DNA from: Vermamoeba vermiformis
Lineage: Eukaryota
Assembly (NCBI GenBank): GCA_045837725.1
Contig: JBEWZL010000075.1
Location: forward strand, 120,769 to 140,768
Reading direction: 5' to 3'
DNA length: 20,000 bases
Shown here: positions 9,601 to 19,875 of the stretch, in pieces
How positions within the stretch are numbered: the stretch's first letter is position 1
Layout of the letters: the number at the start of each line of letters is the position of its first letter
Notes under the pieces: model-generated
The model's input: only the letters and a program-made list of their open reading frames with translations
Databases searched by the model: none
What the model was told of the DNA's origin: nothing
Position numbers and translations under genes: made by a program

Positions 9601-11088
9601 CGGAACTCGTTGTAGCCGAACACCTTGAGCACGAACAAGTAGCTCATGTACCCTGCGAGCCCAAACACGAGCCACTGATCGCTCCAGGACTTGACGGCGA
9701 TGAAGTGGCCGAACCACTGCTGCGCGAGAGTGAGGGCCAACAAGCGCCGCGTCTCAAAGGTCTGATCGATCACCTTGTCGTCGTGCAGCAAGTGCGTGCT
9801 CAACACACTCAGCGAGGCACCGCTCAGCACGGAGCTGTACGCGTCCTCGACAAACACCTGCTTGTAGCTCGAGTAGGGGTACTTGTTGCCCAGATAGTGC
9901 TCGTAGAAGGCAATGATCTGCGGCAGATAGCTCGTCACGTGACTCAGTGCGCGTTGTCGATTGGGCAGACAGTAGTGCGTGATGTACGGCCACTGCGCGT
10001 CATTCACCGTCTCGTACACACCCACACTCAGCACGATGGAGCTGGCGCTGTACCTCTCGTGCTTGGCCGTCTTGTACACAAAGCTGCGCATCGAGTCGTC
10101 GCTCACGCCGAGCTGATCTTGCAGCTGGCCAGGTGCCACCGCGGTGCAGTTCTTGGGCACGAGCAGTTCAATCTCCCAGGCACAGCGCTCGGCACTCGAG
10201 TCCACGCACGGCATCCACGCACGCGCACCACAGGGCTGATTGCACGTGTACATGTCTGCGAGAGGTGAGTGTCACAGCAGCTGCAGTGCGCACAATACGT
10301 ACGTGCAAAGCGAGTCGGATAGGCAGTCTTGTCGGGCAGCACAAACACCGCGCCACCCGCAGGATCGCGCAGCTCGTAGTACACGCGCACGGTGACGGGC
10401 ATGTGCTGCTGTTCGGTGAGGGCCAGCACACTCTGCGCTTGTTCATCAGCCACGGGCTCAGCAATGGTGATGCTCAACTCGCCCTCGTCCGAGGCCTCTT
10501 GTGCCGCGCGATAGAAGGTACGCACTGTCTCGCTGTCTGCATAGCCCTCGTGCGGGGGCACGATCTGATCGAGGTAGTTCTTCAACTCGTACTTGGCTTC
10601 AAAATTGTTCACGAGCACGCGCTTGATTAGTGCAGCGGAGTTAAGGGTATATATTAATAATACGGTACTAATAAGGGCGTCTAGAGTGACGGAACGATGA
10701 AATTTGCAAGGGGTCATTATAAAAGGGGTATAATAAGGATATGTGATTGACGACTGTTCAGTGTGATGGTGTACAGTGTTTTGAGCGGCAGAATAGTGAG
10801 CTCTGTGAAGCCCTGTAGGGATGTGTTATTAACTCGGCAGATCGCCAATAATAAAACCAGGAAATTATGCGATAATTATCATTGATATATAATATGAATT
10901 ATAGATAATAATTCTTACCACTAAGCTTTTTTGATAGAGATCGACCGTGAGCGAAAGTTTTTGGTGCAGCGTAAAGGAGAAAAACAATATTAGTACAATC
11001 TACTTGCATATATGTGCATTTGTGTATTAATGGTGATGATTATTGGAGGTACTTATAATTTGAAAGGCTGCTTTGCTTGTCTCGTCAT
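6615..11088 (-). CDS. TAF2: TFIID subunit 2 (TAF2), ~1273 aa, 11 exons: 11088-11057, 10970-10919, 10812-10743, 10629-10303, 10255-9295, 9240-8355, 8306-8142, 8085-8018, 7976-7740, 7682-7504, 7459-6615
   Basis: M1 aminopeptidase-like fold with a degenerate zinc motif (LALTLAQQWFG). TAF2 hallmarks: 'ARAWMPCVD', 'YKQVFVEDAY', 'WIRIDPELHWIR', 'FMWINQLENDRDVLAQHEAI', 'NDFSNFSAYFLQ', 'NDNSRNSYSDNYYVA'. The spliced CDS is 3822 nt and in frame when two AT-AC introns are used. Confidence 0.93.
10630..10742 (-). other. U12-type (minor spliceosome) AT-AC intron, TAF2 intron 3, 113 nt
   Basis: 5' end ATATCCTT is the canonical U12 donor. Branch site CCCTTAAC lies at 10647-10640, about 10 nt before the 3' end ...TGCAC. 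Removal joins LNSRQS to LIKRVLVN in frame. Confidence 0.92.
10971..11056 (-). other. AT-AC intron with U2-type signals, TAF2 intron 1, 86 nt
   Basis: 5' ATAAGT, internal TACTAAT branch-like motif, pyrimidine tract, 3' ...CCTTTAC. Removal gives MTRQAKQPFKL-LHQKLSL. The nearest GT donor lies after an in-frame TAA. Confidence 0.72.
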
Positions 11089-11357
11089 GGTAGATCTGGG
11101 TGGTGATTGTTGGTGCTGATAATACAGTATTCTACATGAAACTTAAATAATGCTGCGTATTGTTCTGATTATTGCTGACTGTGCTCCTAGTCTGCCGTGT
11201 GTCCTCGCTCGCTGCTGGCGCTTAATTGTCCCTCGCTGGTCATATCGCCAAAATTTTCACGAGACGGAGGAACAAAAAAAATCTCGAGCCAGCAAGCAGA
11301 TTATTATTATTTACAGCTTTGCTACACACATCTATCGTTCAATTAGTCGAGTGCACT
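11089..11357. promoter_or_regulatory. Putative bidirectional promoter, TAF2 / six-ADF-H gene
   Basis: 269 bp between divergent start codons. Inferred from gene arrangement only. Confidence 0.55.
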
Positions 11358-14300
11358 ATGGCTGATATTCTCAAGAACGCTGGTGCCGTCAAAGCTGCCG
11401 CTGAGGATCTGCGTGCCGAGACAGCAACTAACTGGTATGATAATCCGTGCACTCGATAGTGTTGTATTAATAGCATTCAGTGCATATATGTCGTGTCATG
11501 CAATTAATAACGCAGTTCGAAAACATCAAAATTGAAGTTAAATTTTAATTTTCCAATTCACAAATAGGGTTGCTTTCGGCTACGAGGGTGAAGAGACTGT
11601 CGTATCAATCCTTAGCACTGGCTCTGGAGATCTGAAGAGCGTTGAATCTTATTTCAAGCCAGATCAGGTAAACAGCATTAAAAAATCATCATCTAGATGC
11701 GATATTTTCTGACATTGTGAATGTGATCTTTTAGGTTGTATTTGTCGTGCTCGGATATCAACAAGACATCGACGGATACAAGACGCGCAAGCACATCTTC
11801 ATCTCTTGGGTTGGCACGCAAGTCAAGCCCTTGATCAAATCTCGTTCCAGCCAACACAAAGTTGCGCTGTATAACTTTATTAAGCCTCACTTGCAATTGC
11901 ATGCTGAGATTCAAGCCACTACCCCGGAGGAAATCACAGAAAAAGTCATTGCCGAGAAGTTGACTGGATCTCGTCTTGCTGAAGCGAGCGACAACGCCAA
12001 TCAAACTGGCACTCCGAGCAAGAGCAGCGGTCAAACTAAATTCACTTTCAGCGATTCTGCTGCTGCCGATGCTGCCATCAAGGCTGTCGGTCAAAACAAG
12101 CAGATGTGGACTACTTTTGGCTACGACAATGCAGATCAAGACGTATTGTCCGTCAAGTCGAGCGGCGATGACTACGCCCAATTCGAGAGTGGTCTCGACG
12201 ACGAAGAGGTGCGCTACGCACTGCTGGGCGTGGCAACAGAAGAGGAGGGCGACTACCAGACAATCAAGTACATTCTCGTCACTTGGGTCGGTGCGCGCGT
12301 CAAGCCACTCATCAAAGCACGCTCCTCGCAACACAGAGTGCAGCTCTACGACTACATCAAGCAACAGGTGCCCCTCGGTGCGGAGATGCAAGTGCTCAGT
12401 CGCGAAGAGCTCTCCTTGCCCCTCTTGCGCGCCAAACTGTCCGGTCAGCGCGGTCAAATCGCGGAACAAGTCGCCACTCCTGAACGCGCCAAGCCCACGC
12501 GCAACGAACCCAAAGCAGTCTCGAGCAGCGGTGAGATCCCCAATCTGAGCTGGACGCAGGGCAGCGAACAGGCGGAACAACTGTTGAAATCTCTGCGCGA
12601 CAGCAACAGCGCGACCACGTGGATTGTGATTGGCTATCCTGACGAGAGCAGTCGCGATCTGACGCTGCAGGGTCACGGTGCAGGTGGACTGAGCGATGCC
12701 GCAGTGCACTTCAAAGAGCAGTCCGTCAACTACCTCGTGCTGGCCATATCGCTGGGCCAGGAGAACTTTGAACAGCTCAAGTACGTCTTTGTCGCTTGGG
12801 TCGGTCCGCGCGCCAAGCCCTCCATCAAAGTGCTCTCCAGTCAACACCGCGTTGCACTCTACGCGTGGATCAACAAGATTGTGCCGCTTGCAGGTGAAGT
12901 GCAAATGATGTCTGCGGAGGACGTGAGCGAAGAGCTGATCAAGAAGAAGCTGATCGGCACCAAGATCTTGACCGCCGATGAGATGGGCGGCAACACCCTC
13001 ACCAAGAAAGCGGGTCCCAAGGCCACCAGCGAGAAGTTGGAGTTTGTCGACAAGGAGCAGGCCGATGCGCTGTTCAAGGACGTGCGCTCTGACAGCTCCA
13101 AGACTAACTGGCTCGCATTCGGCTACAACGAACAGACTGGCGACAAGCTGGCCCTGCTCGGTCACGGCGAAGGTGCGCTGGACGAGCTGAATGCGCACGT
13201 GCACGACGACAACATTGTGTACGCGGTGCTGGGTGTGGTGCAGGAACAGGGCGACTACTCGCAAGTCAAGTACATCTTCATCTCGTGGGTGGGCACGGAC
13301 GTCAAGCCACTCTTGAAGGCACGTGCCTCTCAGATCCGCGTGCTGCTCTACACCTACGTCAAGTCCTTCATGCAGCTCGCGGGTGAATTGCAAGCGACAT
13401 CGCGCGCAGATCTGACTGAAAAGAACTTGGCCTCGAAGCTGATTGGCTCGCGCATGGTGAGCGACGAGGAAGCCAAGACCACTGAGCGCGTAGAACGCGT
13501 GAGCAAGAGCGGCACTGAGAAGTTTGAGCTCGAGAACGAGAGCGAGGTGCAGAACAAGATCCGCGCCATTGCCACCAGCGACTACGCCAAGTCCCATCAA
13601 GCCACGTGGGTGGTGTTGGGATCACGTGGCAGCTCAGCGCTCTCGGTGCTGGGCGAGGGCCAGGGCTCGTTAGAAGAGCTGCGCGTGTTCTTCACCGCCG
13701 ATGCAGTGCTGTACGCCGTGCTGGGCTACGCAGTGGTGGAACAAGTGGAGGACAGCGCGGTCACGTACATCACCAACAAGCACCTCTTTGTCTCTTGGGT
13801 GGGTCCTGAAGTCAAGCCCCTCGCCAAGGCACGCAGCAGTCAGCAGCGTGTGCCGCTCTACGACTACGCCAACAAGCTGATCCCCATGCACGGTCAACTG
13901 CATGTGGAGCGCGCAGAGGACCTGGACGATGCAGCCGTGTTGGAGAAACTGACTGGTGCGCGCACTCAAGTGGAGTCCAAAGTGAATGCCGAAGCACTGC
14001 GACTGAAGCAGAAAGAGATGCAACAACTGCAGGCACAGCCCAAGTCACCGCGTCAGAACAGTCCCACGGGCAGTGCACTGGTGTGGCAGAACGAGCAACA
14101 AGCAGTGGAGGGCATCAAAGACGTGCGCAACGACAGCTCTGCCACGGACTGGATTGCATTCGGCTATCAGGGTGACTCCGACGACATTGTGGTGCTCGGC
14201 ACTGGTGCTGGCGGACTCAATGCCGTCAAGTCGCACTTCCACCCTGCCGATGTGGTCTATGTCGTGCTGGGCATCACCGAGGACGAGAAGACTGAGGGCT

Positions 14301-14512
14301 ACGCCACACTCAAGTACATCTTCGTCACCTGGGTCGGACCTGAAGTCAAGCCCCTCGCCAAGGCACGCTCCTCGCAACACCGCGTCTTGCTGTACAACTT
14401 TGCCAATCAGTTCTTGCAGCTCGGAGCCGAATATCAAGCGCTCAGCAGCGAGGACGTGAACGAGCAAGTGTTGCGCGCGAAACTCAAGGGCTTGCGTCTC
14501 TCTAGCCAGTGA
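11358..14512 (+). CDS. Tandem six-domain coactosin/drebrin-type ADF-H actin-binding protein, ~984 aa; exons 11358-11434, 11568-11667, 11735-14512
   Basis: Six repeats of about 150 aa, each with 'W..(F)GY....L.V...G.GG' and 'K(Y/H)..(I/V).WVG..(V/A)KP..K...SQ', typical of coactosin-like ADF-H domains. GT-AG introns at 11435-11567 and 11668-11734. Confidence 0.88.
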
Positions 14513-14582
14513 GCTATCACACTGCGTGGGTGAGCTGTTTCACTCGTTGTTTCATTAATATTAAACCAATACAACTAGTAAT

Positions 14583-14600
14583 TTATTATTATTATTATTA
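14583..14600. repeat. Short (TTA)n microsatellite between convergent 3' ends
   Basis: Run ttattattattattatta in the AT-rich intergenic/3' UTR region. Confidence 0.8.
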
Positions 14601-14633
14601 TGATACAAGGATGTTATGCGCAGCAGACAAGTA

Positions 14634-15900
14634 CTATCGCTTGTGTTTCTTGCGCTCACCGTGTTCGTGGTCCTCGTACTCGCGCTCGCGCTTGCGATGA
14701 TGGTGCTGCTGCTCCTCGTAGCTGCGGTGCTGTCGATGCGACTCGGCGTGGCTGTGGCGAGACCGCTCTCGCTCTCCGTGCTCGTGTGCACGATGATGGT
14801 GATGGTGGTGGTACTCGCGCACTCGCTGACTGTGATGGTGCTCTCTGTCGCTGTGATGGTGCTCTCTGTCGCTGTGATGGTGCTCTCTGTCGCTGTGATG
14901 GTGCTCTCTGTCGCTGTGATGGTGCTCCCTGTCGCTGTGATGGTGCTCTCTGTCGCTGTGTCGATGAGTGCGCTCCAGTCGCTCTTCACCGCGCCTCTCG
15001 TTCTCGCGCAGATCGTACTCGCCATTCGGATTGCGAAACACGTGCAAGAAGTTGCACTGACGACCCCTCGGACACTGCTGCTTGTCGAACAGACCGCAGA
15101 TTGCTGTCTTCCAGTTTGTGACGGGACTCAGCTCCGTGCTGATTGCTCGTCCCGCATAAAATCGTCCATTGAGACTGCGAATCGCGCGCAGTGCGTCCTC
15201 ATCGTTCTTGTACTGCACGTAGACATTGCCACACAGGTGCGGGGCGTGATTGCGACACACTTTGAGCTGCAAGATCTCACCGAATTGGCGCAGCTCGGGC
15301 ACAGTGTCCGCGTAGAACTCTTGAAAGTGATTGTAGGCTTCAGTCTCGTCCACTTCCAGGTCCTCGTCTTCGTCTTCATCCAGCTGCACTTCACGCTTCA
15401 GTGCTCCGTATAGGGGCTCGTAGAAGTTGCGCAGTAGAATGACGGGCGATGAGATGGGATAGGGATGGGCCTTGCTGCACGAGGGACCAAATCGACACGC
15501 GCCTGTCTTGAGGTAGAATGCGCAGTGCAGTGTGTCTCGTTCAGTGCCAAACAGCGACGGATCTGAACCTGGCAGTACATTTAATGTGGGGTTGGTACGA
15601 GTAGCTGAAAAATTTTCTGGTACCGCAGGCTGAATAGGGGCCTTAGTATTGGCGCGGTCTTCATGTCGCTTCTGCGGAATTAAAATATTTTTAGATCAGA
15701 GCAGTACAATAAATTTCTTTTCTTACCTCGGCGTGAGATCTACTATTATTGTGTTCCTTGGGCTGGAAACGCTGTTCAATGTTGTGGTATCTATTGGTCC
15801 TCTCCTTGTGTCCCTTCGCCTCAGTACCGTAGGTTTTACCGACTTCGGAAGGTTTTGCTTGAAGTGGATCATCCTTACATTTTTCTAACCTGGTATCCAT
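14634..15900 (-). CDS. ZRSR2: U2AF35-related protein ZRSR2/Urp (CCCH-UHM-CCCH plus His/Arg/Glu-rich tail), ~403 aa; exons 15900-15727, 15671-14634
   Basis: ZnF1 'FGTERDTLHCAFYLKTGACRFGPSCSKAH'; UHM 'LKVCRNHAPHLCGNVYVQY...NGRFYAGR'; ZnF2 'PVTNWKTAICGLFDKQQCPRGRQCNFLHVFRNPNGEY'. The WK.AICGLF...LHVFRNP pattern marks ZRSR rather than U2AF1. GT-AG intron at 15726-15672. Confidence 0.88.
14831..14956. repeat. 21-bp coding tandem repeat, 6 copies (TGTGATGGTGCTCTCTGTCGC), encoding (SDREHHH)6 in ZRSR2
   Basis: Directly visible. One copy has a single synonymous substitution (CTCCCT). Confidence 0.97.
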
Positions 15901-16128
15901 TGTCGTTTCAGCTCACTTTTTGAGTAAAAGGCACTCCCGTTATTAACAATAATTACAGTTACAGGTGCCTTTTGTGTACTGTTTGTTGTACCCAGTTTGC
16001 AGTTTTCAGGAAATTTCACTAGAACAGTTTTTCGGCGAACTTCGGATCTGCAGTTCACACATTGATTTTGAGACCAGCAACAGACTTGCCTCCTTATTTA
16101 TTTCGAAGTCTCGACTGACGTAAATAAC
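15901..16128. promoter_or_regulatory. Putative bidirectional promoter, ZRSR2 / MCM8
   Basis: 228 bp between divergent start codons. Inferred from gene arrangement only. Confidence 0.55.
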
Positions 16129-18695
16129 ATGGGAGATCCTCGTGGCTCCAGCGACTGTCCATTTCCTGGTTGGGACTTGTATTGGCCGGAGCCGTGGCAC
16201 GAACTCGATGATGGAAGAAAAAATAAATTTATGGTGATGATAACAGCCTTTATCAAGCATTTCGAAGAAGATCGAGATCTGATCCGCATGGTAATTAGCG
16301 GAAAATAATTTAATTTAGTTTAAAAAATTGCTAATTATTTTAGACCGATTTTACATCAACGGCAGCAGTATTCTTGGATTATCCTTCGCTGCGAAAAAAG
16401 TTCGATGACACGCAGTGGGAATATGCCCTAGTCAACCACCCAGATGTGATTATTAGTTGTTTGGGCATCGCTATTCACGGCGTACTAGTCAACAAGGATC
16501 CAGACAACGACGAGACGAACAAAAAGATTAACGTGCGCATTCACAACTACGCGCCACAAACCTCGCTGCGAAATTTGCGTTCGAACAACATTGGCAAGTT
16601 TGTGGGCCTCAAAGGCACGGTGATTCGCGTCTCAAATGTGAAGCCACTCGTCGTCTCCATGCCCTTCAAGTGCGCAAAGTGTGGTGCGGAACAGTACGTG
16701 CGTCTCAGTGACGGCAAGTTCTGCGTGCCCAAGCAGTGCGAGACTGGCGAGCGGTGTCGTTCCAAGACCTTCTATCCACTGCGCGACAAAGCAATCACCG
16801 TGGACTGGCAGAAGATACGACTGCAAGAGATCTTCGACACCCCTGCACCGAACATTGCCATGACGAACAGTGCTGAGGTCGGGGCCAGTCTCGGCACACA
16901 AGGCACCACGCAATCAGACGCAGGACGTGTTCCGCGCACGATAGAGGTGGAGTTGACGGAGGATCTGGTGGACAGTGTCACCCCTGGCGATGTCATCTCC
17001 CTCGCTGGCGTGGTCAAAGTGACGAGCACTGAAACACGGACTGGTAAGATCTGCAAACACTGACTGAGTGCACTTCGTACTCACTCTGACGCGACAGGTC
17101 CGCGCAACACCAAACAAAACAAGGCAATGTACTTGTGCTACATTGACGCCAACTCCATCGACAACAACAAACAAGTGGACACGGGCAAGCTAGATCTCAT
17201 GCAGTTCAGTCTGAAAGAGATGTACGGCATTCAGAAGATTGCCTCGCACAAGAATCCGATGAGTTTGATCGTCAAGTCGATTTGTCCCTCCATCTACGGC
17301 CATGAACTCGTCAAAGCAGGACTCACGCTGGCACTCTTCGGCGGTACCTCGCGTCAAGTGCCTAAAGCAGGCATGTCAGTGCGCGGCGACATTCACATTC
17401 TGGTGGTGGGTGATCCTGGTCTCGGCAAGTCTCAGCTGCTCCAAGCTGTCTCCACTCTCGCACCGCGCTCTGTCTATGTCGGTGGCTCGTATTCATCCTC
17501 ATCGGGTCTCACGGTCACTCTGCTCCGTGAGAATGCCTCGGCTTCAGGCAGACCTGGTGGCTCGAGTGATTACGTGCTCGAAGCAGGTGCGCTGGTGCTC
17601 GCCGATCAGGGTGTGTGCTGCATTGACGAGTTCGACAAGATGCACAAGACTGAGCACTCCTCGCTGTTGGAGGCCATGGAGCAGCAGAGCATCAGCATCG
17701 CCAAGGCAGGCATTGTGTGTTCGCTGCCCGCACGCACGACAATCATCGCAGCCGCCAATCCGCAGGCAGGACATTACAACAAGGCCAAGACGATATTGCA
17801 GAATTTGAAGCTCAACCCTGCCCTGCTGTCTCGCTTCGATTTGATCTTCATTCTGATCGACAAGCCAGACGAGCTCAAAGATCAACTGCTCTCCGAACAC
17901 GTGATTCACATGCACAACGGTGGATTCAAGAAGAGTGCAGGCAGTGCGAAGAAAGAAGAGGGTACGTGTGTCGCATGAGCGCTAATGAACTGCGCATTCT
18001 CACCGCATTGACAGCTGTCAAGCTCGAAGACGAGGACGTGGATGAAGATGACGCGAGACCGCTGCTCGATCGATTGCGCGATGTTGATCGTGACGAGTCA
18101 CCCATTCCCGGCAAGTTGTTGCGCAAATACATCGGCTATGCCAAGAAATACGTGCAACCGACGTAAGTAGAAACACTGATGTGCGCTGAAACAGTGCTAA
18201 TGTGTGTCCAGCTTGTCCGAAGAGGCGTGTCACGTGCTGCAAGAGTTCTATCTGTCCCTGCGCGAGAAACAGCGCACGAGTGACACGACACCTGTCACCA
18301 CGCGTCAATTGGAGTCACTCATTCGACTCGCTGAGGCTCGGGCCAAGTTAGAACTGCGCGAGACTGTGACCAAGCGCGACGCCAAAGATGTGGTGGAGAT
18401 CATGAAGCAGTCTATCTTCGACGTGTTTGAAGACGACTTCGCAGTGGTGGCAGATCTGCGACAGCGCGGAGGACGCGGCATGAGCAAACAAAAGATGATC
18501 ACGTCGTTCGTTGGTGAACTCACGCGCAGAGCTCAGCAGAACAACAGCGCCATATTCACCAAGCAGCAGATGTACACGATATTCCACAACGACATGCAGC
18601 TGAACGAGCCCTTCGACGACTTCTTGGAAATGTTGAATCTGCAGAACTACGTGCTCAAAAAGGGACCGCAGACTTACAAGCTGCAGACCTCCTAG
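16129..18695 (+). CDS. MCM8: DNA helicase MCM8, ~785 aa; exons 16129-16290, 16344-17043, 17098-17961, 18015-18162, 18212-18695
   Basis: N-terminal 'CPFPGWDLYW' (MCM8-type), Zn finger CAKC...C...C, 'GRVPRTIEVELTEDLVD', Walker A GDPGLGKSQLL, Walker B CCIDEFDKM, Arg finger SRFD, 'TTRQLESLIRLAEARAK' and a C-terminal WH ending 'LKKGPQTYKLQTS'. Four GT-AG introns keep the frame (2358 nt). Confidence 0.92.
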
Positions 18696-18882
18696 AGTGC
18701 CTGCAGTACTTGCTTGTACATAACTTGTAAATAGTCGAACTGAATATGTAGCTGTGCGTCTCTCGATTCAGTGGATCCGCCGAATTCATGAATGAAAACA
18801 AGGCACGTGACACATTCTGAACCTGCTCGAAAAACTTCATTTTGTGATTAGTGATAATTTGTTATAATACAATACAAGCACC

Positions 18883-19872
18883 ATGCTTCGTAGTTTAGTT
18901 CGTTTGACTGGATCTGCGTTGGTAAAGCGACGCGTTTGCAGCAGAGCAAATCTGTTCTCGCGCGTACAACGTACGACTGCAGTATCGCAAGCCTTATTTA
19001 GTGTCAATAATGCCCCTGTAGTGAGAGGCTATTTCAACACAACTAAGCGTAAGTAGATCCAAAAACTTTGTTTGATCCAGATCCCTCATTTGAATCGTGT
19101 TTATTAATTGCCTAAATATCACAATTAATATGCATTATATTAATGTAGCGCAATCCTCTCGATTCGCCACTTGGCTCACGGAAACAATCAAGGAGGACTC
19201 CGTTCCTGATGAGGAGCTGCGCGAGCTCGACGAACTCCTCGCACAAAAGGGCTGGAAGGTACTTATTTATTATATAATAATACGGCTAAGTTAAGTCGAA
19301 CTATTAGCCTTCTTGGTCATTTACTTCGCAGCTACGCATTTTTAGGTGTCAAATCTAACACTTAAAACAGCTTTCTCTGTTGCTCAATGAAGTGCAGCTG
19401 AAAAAGACTATTGGCAATGAAGAGTAAGTACACAGCCGATGCACATGAGTACTCGGTGCATACTAACACCAGATCCAGAGTGACAGTCGTAGTGCCAGGC
19501 AGCGAACAACAAGAGCCGATCAACTACGACCAGCAAACTGAAGCCACGGAAGAGGGCAGTCTCGTCGACCAAGAGGACCGCTTCACAGTCAAGATTACCA
19601 AGCAAGGCACTGAGCGCTGGCTTGAGTTCAACTGCATGGCCAAGAGCGGCGTAATTGAAGTGGATCAGATCTTGGTGTGCACGAACAAGGCCAAGCAAGA
19701 GATGTACTTCGACGAGCTCAGCGAAGAAGCACAAAACGAGTTCTTAGAGTACTTGAAGGAACGCGAGATTGATGAGGAGTTTGCTCGTGTTGTGTACTTG
19801 TCGCTCAACAAATACGACCACGAGTACTATTTGGAGTGGATGAAGGACGTGAAGGAATTTGTTAGCAAATAA
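18883..19872 (+). CDS. MAM33: Mitochondrial acidic matrix protein MAM33/C1QBP family, ~240 aa; exons 18883-19048, 19149-19258, 19371-19423, 19479-19872
   Basis: Arg/Ser-rich, acid-free N-terminus consistent with a mitochondrial presequence (MLRSLVRLTGSALVKRR). The C-terminal 'FTVKITK...LEFNC...FDELSEEAQNEFLEYLKEREIDEEF...EYYLEWMKDVKEFV' matches the MAM33 pattern. The last acceptor may be at 19472 or 19478; both are in frame. Confidence 0.85.
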
Positions 19873-19875
19873 ATG

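Noticed and set aside
9252-10253. Active M1 aminopeptidase
   Set aside because: HEXXH is degenerate (LTLAQ), and flanking exons identify the gene as TAF2.
11693-13600. 635-aa antisense ORF opposite the ADF-H gene
   Set aside because: Codon-aligned shadow ORF. The sense strand rarely uses TTA/CTA/TCA, so antisense stops are scarce. No recognisable motifs.
14831-14956. Regular repeats as a possible CRISPR array
   Set aside because: Head-to-tail 21-bp units with no spacers, in frame within a eukaryotic CDS.
14616-15413. Hydrophobic 265-aa plus-strand ORF resembling a membrane protein (also the Gly/Val-rich ORF at 6940-7554)
   Set aside because: Antisense translation of the His-rich repeat and of the Pro/Thr-rich TAF2 tail, respectively.
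14634-15671. U2AF1 (U2AF35) assignment
   Set aside because: The second zinc-finger context WKTAICGLF...LHVFRNP and the N-terminal extension fit ZRSR2/Urp.
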